Made by a program: the position numbers and the translations under genes. The notes below the pieces were generated by a model. It was given only the letters and a program-made list of their open reading frames with translations. It was not told where the DNA came from and did not search any database. A DNA stretch of 64,000 bases from Amoeboaphelidium protococcarum X5 (taxonomy: Eukaryota; Fungi; Aphelidiomycota), in the NCBI GenBank assembly GCA_023515725.1, contig JALDTO010000212.1:235812-299811 (forward strand). The letters are read 5' to 3'. Shown piece after piece: positions 40,588-58,865 of this stretch; position 1 is the stretch's first letter, and the number at the start of each line of letters is the position of its first letter.

Positions 40588-40779
40588 TCATTGAGAGGCA
40601 GCGGTGGTAGTGTACGGCAGCAGATTGAATCTCTTCTTGATCGTGTATCGGTGTCTGCTGTACTTGTCATCAGGACTAAATCTCGCTGGGTGAGCAGACT
40701 TTGTATTCAGGCCATCCTTGGTTGTCTTCTTGAGCGTATAAACGCGACGCCCATTCTCTTCATAATACATTAAAAACAT
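40588..40779 (-). CDS. NOP10: H/ACA RNP subunit Nop10
   Basis: [16 protein letters not shown]...[26 protein letters not shown]. Confidence 0.97.
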   Translation of the reverse strand: MFLMYYEENGRRVYTLKKTTKDGLNTKSAHPARFSPDDKYSRHRYTIKKRFNLLPYTTTAASQ

Positions 40780-40993
40780 GTTTCCTTTATAGCTATATCT
40801 CTTCTGTGTGAATTTATAAAATCAGTAGATATCGGATTAGAATCGTTGATCAATTTTCACTGGGAAATGGCCGTAGCGAGTTTGTTGTACAGTTTAGGTT
40901 GAGATCAGGAGTATGCTCGCGTTAAGAGCAGCGGAGAACCTATTCTCTCTCTTCTTCCGACCGCTCGCGTCAAGCAAGTTTTCTCATCTCGTC

Positions 40994-42138
40994 ATGGATC
41001 CAATCTCAGCGGTAAATTTCAGAGCTTTAGACGCGGTTCAAGTTTTATTATTATTTTAGTGTAGGCATTTAATCTCTCGTTTGCTCCCTCCACTTCTGTC
41101 GCTTCTCATCGTCCACCACCTGCAAACAAGTCTACCTCTGATGAAAGGTAGAGTCCATCTGTTACTACAAAGGTGAAGTCTTACAGTGAAGAGGATTATT
41201 CCAATGTGAAAGATGATAGTACTGAAGATTAACCGCTGCCAGTGGTCAGTTCATATAATGATGAAGATGATAATTTTCCGCTGGAAGATGATTTTCCTAC
41301 CATGTCTAATGTAGTGTCTGTTAAAGCATCAGCCGAGTCGATTGATGATTAAGAAGACGATTACGCGCCTAATGCTCACTCATCAAGACCTCAGTCACAG
41401 TAAATGTCTAGGCGCGATAGCAATAGAGGCACTCGACGTTAGGGCTATCCTCTCATAATCTCTAATCTACCGGCTGATGTATCTGTCTATAGAGTTAGGA
41501 GTCTACTGTCTCAATTCGGTGTCATCTCCAAGTGTGAACTATTGAAGAATCGTGCTGGCCGCTTCCAAGGTAGAAGTCTGGTTGTATTTCAAGATGAACA
41601 GGATGCAGTGGATGCGTATCTGGCAATTACTAGGCGCAAGTATAAGACATACGTCGATGGGATCAGTCTAGATGGTCATAAAGTGACAGCGTCTAAAAAC
41701 TGGTCTGCTGAGGCTTATGATGATCGGTTCGTGTAGAGTGTGAGTAATCGATATGAGCGAGAGAATCAGAAGATGGATTATATTTATTCAAGGTCTATGA
41801 GTAAGCGTGAACGTCAAAGTGATAGTCACAGTGATGGTGTGCGCAGATGTAAGTAAAGAGACGGAGAAGATAGTCGGTATCGCCCGTATGGTGCTGCTCT
41901 CACACAGTACTCTCATGAAGGATATGGCTATCATGATCAGTACCAAGATTCGGCTTATTATCAAAATGAGTATAATCATCGCCAACAGCATCGCTAGTCA
42001 TAAAGTTATCCTCAATATCCCAGCAGGTTCGTCGATTACTCTCAGTAGCCACCTCCTCCTCCGCCGCCGACGTCGTCTTCTCATGACCGTCGCCGCTCTC
42101 GGTCTCCTCTTATCAGTGACAGACACGCAAGACGATGA
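40994..42138 (+). CDS. RRM protein with Arg/Ser/Tyr-rich low-complexity tail; intron 41012..41064
   Basis: LIISNLPADVS...LSQFGVISKCELL...GRSLVVFQDEQDAVDA. Tail has RRRSRSP. TGA 42136-42138. Confidence 0.7.
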
Positions 42139-42395
42139 TGATGATGATGATCATTGTAGTGTAGATTATATATATCCCACATGTCTCTCTTCACTGTGGC
42201 GTCAAGAATCTTTCTCTTTAACCGAAAGTGTTCCGAAATCTTTTCTCTTCCAAATCATTACAACGCTTACTCTCACTCTCTTCCTCTTTGATCATTCTGT
42301 TCATTCACATACCACTGGCTGCATTAAAGTTGAAATATTTATTTTAATTGACGTGATTATTATTTTGAATATCTAGGATTGTGTAAAGTATAAGC

Positions 42396-46955
<4,560 letters not shown>

Positions 46956-47031
46956 ATTTATAAAAGTGCATTATCTCTATCTATTGAAGGATTTTTTGCA
47001 CGTGGCTACAGTTTTTAAGATGTTTATTCAT

Positions 47032-47944
47032 TCACGCAGACTTCATTATTTACTTTATGTCTTCATAGAGTCGCAGAATGCCATCGCAGACTAAGAATGC
47101 GTCTTTAAGCTTTAACATACTAAGACTTTTGTCGAGACATTTGGACCAAGCGAGAACATATTCTACTACGCTGAATAGATATATATCCGCGTCTGACGCT
47201 TGATCCCCGCAAAGATATGGCTACTTCATTAATAGATCATTGAGCAGTCGTAACGCTTATCTCATCTTCAGCTAAATTTCTAAACCATCTGACACGTCAT
47301 CGCATTTCACCTGAAGGTAATCTATCATCTATCGCTAGTATCGCGAGCTAAGCATTGAACGCACGGCAAACGATTCCTTCAACGACACAGTCATCAAAGC
47401 GGCTGACTTACAATTTTCAGGTTCACAGTGTAGAGTAAAAAGCACTGATGTCACAATTCTATCTTCAATTAGTTGACAATATCCACTAGCTTTAGCTCTA
47501 TCATTCTCTGATAGCAGTTTTTTATTACCACTAGACATATAAAAATCTTTCAGCCAATTTGATATCTGTAATAAACCGCAATGGTACTCAATATGCTTCG
47601 TATCAGATCGCGTCACCATGAAAGGTAACGTCTAAGATGGCGATTGAGGTGATTACGCGTCTTTCACAATAAAGCATTTGACTTTGTACCACTTTAAAAG
47701 GTTCTACAATTAAAGTAATCAAAATATCCTAGTGAGAGTAGATATAAAAGCCAAGACATACCTCTGCGATCAAACAAGTGAGATCAGAATTCGATCCAAC
47801 AATCTCACGTTCACCTGACGCGTTTATTGAATGCATTGGAGCGTGGGTGAATAAGGCTACACTGCTTGGATTTTTATTGAGCCACTATTCTGTCTAGCTT
47901 TCTACAGCCTTCTCATTCCACACTATCTGAGTCTGAATTACCAT
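47032..47944 (-). CDS. Metaxin/Sam35-like GST-fold protein; intron 47704..47761
   Basis: SPSQTLPF, AKASGYCQLIEDRI and C-terminal LNDLLMKQPYLCGDQASDADIYLFS. Confidence 0.65.
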
Positions 47945-49056
47945 CTTACACTTAAAATATATTTCCCTTGAATAAAAATCAGCGATTTAAAAATTGTGAA
48001 AATGATGATCTCTGGTTCGTGCACTAAAAATATTTTTATATTTATGTTTTTTGGTTCATTGGATGATGTGCAGCTTGTTTCATTAGTATTTTCATATGAT
48101 ATTTAGCGCTATAAATGGTTCCCATTGAACTGATCTTAAATCAAAATAATCTCTCTGAACCTGTGTCTTTCCTTAACTGTTAAGTCACCTTGATTGATTT
48201 TACGCTTGCTAAATATCACCATTGAAGTCGCACCAATTGATGAATTGTCGCGTCACTTAATGTCACTGGCATTGCTCGGATTCTACACCAGTAGCACTAA
48301 TTGACTGATCATGAATCCAAGCAAAGAACGTGAGCTATACGTTCCTGCCAAGTAAAGATTCTAGACTAGATGATATTTCCGAATGCTATCCGTGTGTGCC
48401 GAGTTAATCAGTAATTCGGATATCAAGATATATGACGTATGGTGATGTGTCCTGATACGATGGTGTTAGTGATTGAATCATTCTTGTTAAAATGATGCAA
48501 GTTAGCGTGTTACTTCTCTTCTTGATAAGAAATTGCAAGGATAGTGATACTGTTTTATAATAGGAAGTTGCATATGCGTCTTTGGGTTAGCCCCTAATGA
48601 AACTGTTGTAGTCTTGGCGCTGGTCATTTCATATATTGTCGCGCTAATGTCAGAGCTTGCATTGTAATGTCATGGAGTTGTTTTAAAGGAGAAGTAGTTT
48701 TGGTTGCAGTTGACTTGGCTGAGTAGACTTTTTGCATGCAATGTTTGATGTCTAAATTGGTCAAGGTTAAGGTGATGGTGTCCAGTGTAATGCCAGGTTG
48801 AGTTTATGGGCTTTGTTACGTTGTTGGGACAATTCGAAGATTACAGTTGCTACTACGGGGATATGTGGGTACCCCGATGAAAAGATCGCCGGAGCTTTTT
48901 CTAAAGTGTACGAGTGATCGCTGAACCCACATGATGATTTCTATTGTTTCATTACTGTCAATGGGATTGATGATCAAGACTCCAAAGCTTCTGCAGTATT
49001 TGATAGCACCATTAAGTGTTACCATCTAATATGTCAGCCAGTAGTTATTATTACAT

Positions 49057-50373
49057 TCATGGTCTTTGCAATACTCCAATGTCACACATAAACTCCCAGA
49101 CACGTCCTAGACGCGTAACATCGACTCCGCGAACAAATCTCCTCGCGGCAGTCTTATTAAATACACCATACTTCTCGCGACTGGCTTGGAACTGCAACTT
49201 CAGCATGTAATAATGTTCTGGAGTGAGGCGATTGTCTTTGGCAAACTTTTTCTCATCATCCGTCAAGTTGAGTGGTTCCTCAAATTTGGGAATAGTCTTC
49301 ACCGGAGGAACTCTGTGCTTCTTTGTGCCCTTCTTCTTGCTCTGAACAGATGATTTCCCTGCGCCATTGCCCACACTGAATGCTCCATCAGATTGTCTGC
49401 GAGATCCAGATTACGTTTCGCTATCGAAATCAGTAGATAAGCCGCCATCATCATCATCATCATCACTCAGAGCGTTACCCTCCTCCACAGAAGACTCAAT
49501 ACTACTAGCTTTGTCTTCAGAATAATCTACCTACATATCTCTTTCTCTTTGAGATGCTCTAGCAGCACGCTTGCGAGATCCATTCTACGACTTACGACCC
49601 CCATTTTCATTCACTGACAGAGAGCCATTCATAACTGCAGAGGACGACGATGAACGTTATCGCGAAGATGAACTGCGTCCTTCAAAAGCGGAAACAAGAC
49701 CGCGTTTGATTCCGAGACCTGTCGCACCACGTCCATTATGAGATCCAGTCTGCTACTGAAGATTCCAGAAATTCACTATTCTATCATGACGTCTGTGCAT
49801 ACGTTTGCGATGTATCTCCAACTTGGCGCGATGATAGTTGAGCATTGTCACAACGTAACTATCGAGTTTATGGTCCAAGTTTCTCAACAGTGGACTCACC
49901 AGCATATCATGACTACTATTGGAGACTTTGAGGTCGGTATCATGTCTAGATTCGTCAGCATAGTCCATACCGCCATCATTACCGCCGTTCTCATCAGCAG
50001 CAGAGTTGAAATCCAACCGAAATATTCTCTCAATCAAGCGCTCTTTAAGCGAATCAGGCCTGATTATACTTCTTTACGGATGCCGTTGCTTTCTTACTCG
50101 TTGGAAACGCTAATAGCTTTGCTCATCATCGGTGCGATGTACTCCTGACAAGATAGCATCAACTGCACGCTATGCGCCGAGAGAGGGCTGCAGCAACTAG
50201 ATAGTCTACTCCAAGTCATAACTTCTGGGTGGAGTAGTCTTTGAAGTTGTACTCGTTTGGTAGTACTAGGTGGATGACTACTGATTGTTGTTTTACTCTT
50301 TCCACTGATCGCCCTGAGACGATCCGCGATCTGTTTCAGCAAGCCAACTTTCAATCGATTGTTCAGAGTCCAT
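49057..50373 (-). CDS. SWIRM-domain protein (Ada2 C-terminus/Fun19-like)
   Basis: C-terminal LTDDEKKFAKDNRLTPEHYYMLK...FNKTAARRFVRGVDVTRLGRVWEFMCDIG. Single frame from ATG 50373. Confidence 0.75.
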
Positions 50374-50598
50374 ATTATAATCAGTTTTTGAGATATTCAC
50401 CCTTTACAGTAGAATAATATTATAGTCTGTATTTTAACAAAATAAAAGTGCTGCTTCTCTGTGTAATAGAACTTAAAAGTGGCCACTACTGTAATGTCCT
50501 AATTGTTGTCATGTAAGGCTATTTTTATAAATCGAGATTTGAAGCAACTCGTTCTTTATCTAGTAGTGTTGGCTATATTTAAGTGTCATTATGGTTGC

Positions 50599-53500
50599 AT
50601 GGAAACTACTCAAGACGCGTTAATTTAACTTTGCCCATTCCCTCAAGATAGAAGTTTACTTTTATAGTACATTGGTTCTCTCTTGTTGTTGGATGGAACG
50701 CATGCTTTCAGTAAGTTCGAGGGAACGCTTGACGTTTCACAATTCCTTGGCTCTCTCTCCCTTTGCATGTCTTTGCAGTTGAATGGCTTTTTTAAATCTC
50801 GAAATACAATGGAAGAACGAAAGGCTTTAGATTATACATTCTATATTTATCTCCTCAAGTATCTCTGTCTATCAAGTGATATCTCTGATGGCGAATAGAG
50901 GGTGCGGTAGTATATCCTGGATGTCGTCAGGCCGCATTTGGAGATATCTATGAAGTAGAGCAAGTTGATTTTGTAGAGACTATCGACTGGTGAGATGGAC
51001 GATTTTCAGTGTATCCTTGACTTGATGGCCACCGATACGTTCACACATGATACGCGGAATTCTATTGTGCGTTTTATTCTTGACTGCATGATGGAGTAGG
51101 TTGGGATTTAGGACAATAAGCTCGAGTAGTCCATCACAAAGAACGCCTTGTATGAAGTTGAGTTTTAGTTTGTGTCAATGTAAGCTTCTAGTTCGATATC
51201 TGATTTATGTGGCCGATTAAAAGATATCAATAGGATAATGAATAAGGATGGTATCTCTGTTTGGCAAGTTAGAGTATTCTGCCATGCGGTAAAAGTGTTT
51301 TACTCTATTATAATATCGGAAGATGGGAATGTTCATTGTGATCGATTTTAGTAGTTGGTTGAATCTATTCATTCTGACGATATATAGCTTTAATAGCAAA
51401 GTGATGCCCTTCTGCTGTCCTCTCTTTTTATTAATTAAATACTGGCTAAAATGGGCGTTGGATGCTTCTAAAATGATAGGGTATCAGCCTGCCGTAAAAC
51501 CGTATTGTTATCCTTTGTATTTGTAGAATCTTCCGTGTCTGACACGTCTATTTAAGCTGATACATCTTTCTCTCAAGTACTCGATTAGCTCCTTTAGAAT
51601 ACATTAACTGCTGTCAATGTTTTATATTCGTATGATACTTTATAGTCTGATACATTTATTGTAATGAAGCATCTGTTTAAAATATTATCCACAAAGTTAA
51701 AGGATAAAATGCAGCGATATCAAGTGGATTATTAGAATAATGTTGAATTACTTGGACTTTCAATGTAAATCTACGTAGTCAGCTCATAGATTGCCTACAA
51801 TTCCGATCTAAAGACATTAGTCAGCTTACCTCTGTCTAATGGTTCTATATAGGAATGCTTTACTATATTTACGTTCAACCAGCAATTACTGCAGGAAGAT
51901 TTTAGTAAGAATTTATAAAATTCTGTACCTTTGCAGCCTTTGGATTACTGTATAAAGGTGGTTGAATTCCTGATTGAATAGCTGCAGATGGAATCAAAGT
52001 TCTTGCTGATATTAATGCATTCATTTCAAGCTAATCTGCTGTATGATTATGACATTTAGATGAGAGTTTAGTGGTGCGAGGCTCAACTTTTAAATTATCT
52101 CGAGTAAATACCTCGTGAAGGTAAAGTACTGAATAAGCAGTCTCTTGACTTTGCTCGTAGCTTACATGGTGTGAACATAGAACTGTTTGATATTCTGCAA
52201 TCATTGAATATACAGGGTGATCAAAAGTTTTAGCCAATTGATTTGAACACTATAATGCGTCCATTTTTCGCGTAATGGATATCTACATGCAACGTCGAAG
52301 TTGTTGTTTAGCGTATTATCGACTCTGATAAATGGAGCCAAGAAGACGAAGTACTCAATACTAGCAGTTCTGTTCATGACACGTTCAAGTATTTAGATGC
52401 TCTTGTAAATGTATTCTTTTAATTACCATCTGGATTATTAGCGAATTTTTATGAGAGTGGCTGTTCTGATATGCTCAGAGCTGGCTTTGCTGATCTGTGT
52501 CAGTTAATATACGATGCTCTCTCTGTATTCTGTAGCATGACTTTGTCGAAGGACACTGATTAAGAAGATATCAGATTTTATGTCTTTCATTTAAAAAAGT
52601 CCTCAATTCCCGCTATAAATGTTTAGAAAGATAGAGATGGTACACTGGGATATTTCTGCCGAGTCAATAATCTGTTATACGCAAAGCAACTCATAACTTC
52701 GAGTTTTATCAACTCGATTAAAGACAGAGTTTAGCTTAATGTTGGAATGATGCCGTCCTTCTGTGACACTTACTTTGAGCCCCTTTTAGAATAAATGGAT
52801 GCAGCTATCGACTAAATGTTGGTATATGTGGCCAAGAGATTGGTGTTTATAGACATGGATGAGTGTTTTATATTTGGCTTGTATATGACTGATAATCTGT
52901 TCAAGTCTTCTCTCATATCAATTGTTCCGATTATCAATGGCATTATTTAGGAGATTCATGGTTTGGTGTGTGCTGATCATAATATAGTTCGTAGAGAGAG
53001 TTGGACTTCCTATAGACTTCTCGCTTTGTACTTTGGTCATCTCTATTTCGCATTCTTATGCATAGTGTTTTTGGATTCTCATTCTGGTCGTAGATTTACA
53101 TCAAAAGATTCTGGCCTTATTTTACAGGACATTAGAGCATTGAAAGAGACTTTCTGCGTTCCCAAGTCAGATGTTGATGGACTAATGCTGGAACCTGATG
53201 CAGTGTCATCCATACTATCACCTTTTATCCTGATTGTAAAGTAATTGTACACTTAGGAAACACCAGTCCTTGTAAAAAATTACGAGTCATGCCATATAAG
53301 GACCTAGGAATGGCCAATTGGTGTGAATTTTTATCTCACAATTCCACCTTAGATCGCTGCATTGGATGGATACAGGGAGTTGCCAGATTTCCCGTTTAAT
53401 GTCTCATTATTGCATAGGGACAGGGTAAGTCAAGCGGATAGACGGAATAGTACTAATCCATTCTTAAATCAAGATGATGGAATACGTGATAATGACGAGA

Positions 53501-53793
53501 TTATACTGTCCACCTGGTAGAAGCCTTTTATATTCTGTGCCATTGCCAAACGCGCCGGCTATGGAAACCCTTAGCATTATCAGGCTGTTGAAACGATTGC
53601 GGGTTAGTTAAAACAGTTGAGCTTTAAAAAATCCGCTCGGTAATAGTAAGATCAAGCCGAGTAATAGTCCAATTCCACCGACAAGGATGCCTTCTTGTTT
53701 ATGAAAAAGTACGGGATGATGAAGATGCTCTCAAAGAACGCTTTGAAAGTTGAGAAGATGTTCAATGCAGCAAAAGAGAAGTTGAAAAAGTGA
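50599..53793 (+). CDS. Large helical protein with a Munc13-homology (MHD2/PATROL1-like) C-terminal region (about 1064 aa)
   Basis: FLDSHSGRRFTSKDSGLILQDIRALKETFC...DGL...LYTQETPVLV resembles unc-13-homolog/PATROL1 LLDGGPSRxFxxxDxxxLEEDLxxLKEFF. TGA 53791-53793. Confidence 0.6.
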
Positions 53794-53918
53794 TATACTG
53801 TAATAGAATTTGATTATTCCATCTTTGAGTCTTGTCATGTTCAGTCTGTCCGCATGTTGATCACCTCACTGACCGTTAGCGGACAAGGTTTTGGATTTTC
53901 AAGTAAAAAATGTAATGG

Positions 53919-54104
53919 TGTTAACCTATGTATTTGTTCTCAAACGGGAAGAAATTTATTATTCATTCTAACAAGAGGTTGTTCGCTAAGAACAATATAG
54001 ATTCCAGCTAATCAGCCTTGATCAATATCACTGCTATCCAATCTTCGTGTTTTAATCTCTGAAACGACCAATCACGATTCCGTGAATACACTCAGATTCC
54101 AACA
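53919..54104 (-). repeat. 3' LTR (186 bp) of the minus-strand copia element
   Basis: On the minus strand it follows the RNase H stop and a purine-rich tract (ATAGGCGGGTG). Starts TGTTGGAA and ends TTAACA. Confidence 0.65.
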
Positions 54105-54115
54105 CACCCGCCTAT

Positions 54116-55875
54116 TCATGTGAATCGATATCTTAGACCAAGACTTTCGCAGTGTCTTTTAAATACATTAACAGGCAGGGATTTGGTGAATATATCAGCA
54201 ACCTATTCTGCGGTTGGACAATATTGTTAGACTATTTTACGACTTTCAACTTGATCCCTAATATAGTGATAGCGAGTCTCAATATGCTTAGTCTTATGGT
54301 AACTTTGTGGATTATTAGTGATGGCTATGGTAGATTTATTATCCTAATTGATTACTAGAGGTTCCCAGTTATTGGCCTCATCATCAAGACTTTTGATCAT
54401 CTATGCGTTCAAGCATAAGTCCAGTCCACATTCGCTGAATCCTAGATTGAGTTCCTAGAGAACATGCCTGCAATGCATGAGTTCGGATGCAGTATAATCA
54501 GCAGCATAGTACTCAGCTTCAGGTGTGCTTTTTGCTGTAACTGGTTGTAGTTTACTCTTCCAGCTGATAGCGGCACTACACATTATTATTGTACTACCTG
54601 TAATGGATCTTCTCTTTACAGTGTCTGCTGCATAGTTAGCGTCAGCATATCCTTTTGGTATGACAGATTTATTACCATCTATTGTTATGCAATACTCCTG
54701 AGTTCCCTTGAGATATCGCAGTACCCTCTTTGCTAATTACAGTAGTTCATTTGATGGATCTTGCAATTGACTGGAGAGTTTTCCAACAGCATATGCTAAG
54801 TCCGGGCGTGTGGCTACCATCAGATACATCAGCGCTCCTACGATAAATCTGTATTAGGCTTTATCAACACCAGAGTTTTTAGATTGATCCAACTTGTCAT
54901 TGGCTGGGGTTGATACAGGATTACACTTGTCCATCAAGAACTTTTGGAGTAGTTTTTTAACGTACTGTGACTAGCTTAGTGAGATTGACTTGGAAACTCG
55001 GTTTCTCTCTATTTTTATGCCCAGTAGATGCTTAATTTCACCAAGATCGTGAATATCAAAAGTTGCAGCCAAGTTTGATTTGAATAGATCCTTCTGCACC
55101 TTGTCCTTGGTAACTAATACAATATCATCTACATAGACTAGAATGATGAATAGATCTTCGTTAGTTCCTTTATAGTACAAGCATGGATCTTTTTTGCTTC
55201 TGTTGAAGGATTGCGACTTAAGGAATTGATCTAACTTAATATTCCATCGTCGTGGAGCCTACTTTAGGCCATAAAGCTTAACCTTACTGTCTTGCCTTCA
55301 AACTCAGTTCCTTCTGGTCCCTACATGTATATCTCTTCTTCAAGATCACCATTCAGGAATGCAGTAGAGACGTCTACTTGATAAATATCAAGATCAAACT
55401 TCGCTGCCAGAGCTAGCATCATTCTAATAATAGTGAGACGAACAACTGGCGAGAAGGTCTCATTGTAATCTGATCCAGGAATTTGTCTAAACCCTTTAAT
55501 AACTAATCTGGCTTTATATCTGTCAATGGTACCGTCGGCTTTACGCTTTATCTTAAATACCCATTTGCATGGTAGAGCTTTCTTACCAGGTGGCACCTTG
55601 CATTCATACCAAGTGTTATTCTTGATCAAACTGGAGTTTTCACTCAAGATGCTTTCAATCCATTTTGGAGCTGATTTGCAGGTAATGGCGTCTTTGTAGG
55701 ACTGAGGAGCATACGTATCATCAGATGCATCGCTCACCGTAGTCAGTAGAGTATGGATATCATCAACATGGAGAAAGTAATTCGTAAAATCGTCATCTGA
55801 GCTTGCTTATTCTTACTGTCGAGCTTCATCCTGGTATTCTGACTGGCCACTAGTATTATCCTCATCATCATCATT
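54116..55875 (-). mobile_element. 5'-truncated Ty1/copia pol (RT + RNase H), frameshifted near 55285
   Basis: KWVFKIKRKADGTIDRYKARLV, DVSTAFLNG, LYGLK[TAG]APRRW, LVYVDDIV, TRPDLAYAV, GYADANYA, AKSTPEAEY, KHIETRYHYIRD and ADIFTKSL. No gag or integrase. Confidence 0.92.
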
Positions 55876-55884
55876 CGGCGGGTG

Positions 55885-56070
55885 TGTTGGAATTTGAGTT
55901 TTGTTATTCTAAGCAATCTGATTAGTCGTGTAACAATGTAGTTAGAGAAGCCTCTTATGATAGGCTGATCACTGATAGTGACACAGATCTTGATTATCAA
56001 ACTTCTCTTTCTCATTGAGATTAAAAACCAAGCTTAACAGCAATACATTCTTTACCAAGAAAATCCAACA
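55885..56070 (+). repeat. Related copia-type LTR (186 bp) in the opposite orientation, preceded by its polypurine tract
   Basis: GGCGGGTG then TGTTGGA...TCCAACA (7-bp inverted ends). The 5' part resembles the 53919..54104 LTR. Confidence 0.7.
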
Positions 56071-56442
56071 AAGTATCTTGGCATAATTGAGTCTCTGCAA
56101 ACCAAGCCCACTGCCAACGAAACCAAATGGTACACGTAGATACGAATGCGCGTGAATGGGAAGACTAAAACCATAATGGACTTTGACAATACCATATGCA
56201 ATTTTGAAGTGCAGATTGGTTCTTACTCTCGTGTATCAGGTGAATTAGAGTTGACTTATGATAGTGTTAAGAAGAGCAATAATTGCATTTTCAAAGTTCT
56301 GGATTACAAGGCATTGACGTCCAAGGAAGAGCTAAAGCTGATTGCAAAGTTAAGTATTAAGGATCTAGTGAAAGCTGCAGTTAATCGTAGCAAGAAAGAG
56401 ATAGAGAGATCCAAGTCCAACACCATCAGAATGAACATATAA
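56071..56442 (+). pseudogene. ORF remnant beginning at the LTR edge; beta-rich, possibly OB-fold
   Basis: The frame is open from the LTR end: KYLGIIESLQTKPTANETKWYTQIRMRVNGKTKTIMDF...IGSYSRVSGELELTY. True end uncertain. Confidence 0.3.
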
Positions 56443-57422
56443 AGAGACCATGAGCAATAATTATCGGTTTAATACATTTTATTTTACAATATCTTAGCCG
56501 TGCAACTAATATCAATTTTCGCAGCAAATTTTTCCAGCTTTCGATTGTATATTTTTGAAAGTCATAGGTTAGGTAGGTTGAATAATTTTGTTCTATAAAT
56601 GTTTTAAAATCACGGTTAAGGTAAGCATATAAATTTTTACTATCTAATGAAACAGTGGCGTTTTGATTCATCGAAAAATAAGTGTAAAAAAATCTCACGT
56701 CGTCGATTAAAAATATATCATCACTATGGTTGCGCCTTCTGCATTACACGGTATAAAGTAGTTATAATTGATTTTGGCCTTTGAAATTCGCGGTACAACT
56801 GAGGATATTCTGTATCTGGCATATACTGTCAAACATGAATTTTCCACTCATGTGTTGTATCTTAATAGTTTTCACCATGTGCCATTATAATTACATCAAG
56901 CAGCGATCAATCACGCTGCAATCGATATTGATAAATTTATTCAATGGGCTATGGTTCCTAAAATTGCCGTATATCTATTCCAATTTTTGGAATGCAAGGC
57001 TTCATGTGTATGATTGCAATGATGTCTTGGATATCATCAGAGGGATAGATCCAGAATACTATTCAGTTGGTGTCCATTTGGTGGAATTTATTAAAACCAC
57101 TATGGATTTCGATGAAATAAATCAAGTTGCGTAAGATCTGGGATTACCGCAGTTAGGCATATGAAGTTTCAATTCTTTGATTATATAAATATACCTATTT
57201 TCCTCAATTCACTCTATACATCTAGTTTTGTTAATTGTTACACTTAATATTCGTGCCACTTACTATGTCAGTGTGCCAATTATAAATCTCGCTATGGTAA
57301 CATTGATTACGGGTGATTACCACAAATAATTTACGATCTATATCCATCATGTACTTATTAGCATTTTCTCCATCACCTCTATTTTAATTCATAATTATCA
57401 ACTCAAAATAATATTAAAAGAA

Positions 57423-58865
57423 ATGGCTGATATTTAAGAAATAATTGCACAATTGCCCTTTCCTTTGGGACAACACGTCGAAAACCGATAAGGTGTCCGT
57501 CCGGGTGCTCTCGTCCCTTACGTACGGATTAATAGAAAGCTAAATGAAAATGCTGATATAATATGCTGTGTCTGCTCTGCACGACTTTATGATGAAGAAG
57601 CTCGTATTCGAACTGATGGTATCGTTAATGACGCGCTGTTCAATGCTCTTTAACAATAGCCTACCGTCACAGATGACAACCACTATCTAGCCTGCAATGT
57701 TTGCTCGAAGTTGGCTGTCAATAAATTTCCGTAGCCTTTCATGCCGTATCGCGATCTGTACCAATTCATTGACTAAGGATTTACTGCTGGTATTGTTAAA
57801 GTGATAACTACCTATCAAAGAACTCATTCAGTCATTCGAAATGTTCCAGGATTTCTAAAATTTAAAGGCGATGTCAAACTGGTGTTCAATGATCAATTGA
57901 TCCTGGCTATTCGTGCTGTGCGCAATGATCAATTCGTGTTTAATGTTGAAGGCTAATATGTGGCAATGGCACAATGCTTATTGGGAAAATAGCATTTTGC
58001 ATAATCTTTAAACTCTCCCGTTGGTCGCGCCTTGCTTGATGGATAACGTTTGACGATCCGTGATGTTGCTTAAGCTAATTTACTCACCTTATGGGCGCAC
58101 CCACAGTACTTTAATGACGTAAGCTAATTGCCCGATGTCAGCAATGAATAAACTCATAATACTAATAAACGCGATCGTCATTGCACAACAGACTTTGACC
58201 ATCAAATTATCCGAGCAAATGCACATTCTAATGATTAGGAACTCTTGCAATCGCTGAATATGCCAACCCATGACCAAACAGTGGAGACATGAGAATATTT
58301 AATCCAGGCAGAGTTTGCGACTAAATTTTATGAATTGTGGCCGCATATCCAGGACTAATGGCAAATTAAATTCTTGTAAATCCAGTTGGTGGATCTGTTC
58401 CGATAAACCTTGGAATTTCAACAATTTATCCAGGCCATGCATCGAATTCAATGAAAACACTGGTTCCATCACGCGATATACGATGCAAGAACCCAAACAT
58501 CCCATTCTTAATGTGTGACAACGCCCCCAAATGATTGGCAACAATCATAATCCTCATACCTTCAACCAATTAGAGTTGCAACTCATATGTTGCATATTGA
58601 TGTTAGCGACTCGCTGAAGACTAGTCTGCCTTGACTTGGCCATTGAGCGAAAGTTAGTAGAGTTATGATATTGAAATTGAAAAGAAGATATAGAAATGCT
58701 AATATCGAAATCCAGGATTATGTCTATATCAAAATTTTCTTTTCAATTGTGCAATGGGGGATACAGCAGATTCAAATATTGCTGTTTAGTGAGATGAATG
58801 ATCTACCTTTGAATCATCATGCAGCTTTTGCGCCATTGACATTGAGATGTGACCCTGTTTTATGA
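57423..58865 (+). pseudogene. Decayed Helitron-like Rep N-terminal region (zinc finger), several in-frame TGA
   Basis: ICCVCSARLY...LACNVCSK...GFLKFKGDV resembles the CxxC...CxxC region at the start of Helitron2/Helentron RepHel. Distal IQDYVYIK loosely resembles the segment before the HUH motif. Confidence 0.35.

Noticed and set aside
48000-49050. Coding-like 1 kb between the metaxin and SWIRM genes
   Set aside because: All three plus frames hit TGA and the minus ORF has no recognisable motif. It may be a multi-intron gene or pseudogene, but I cannot support a model.
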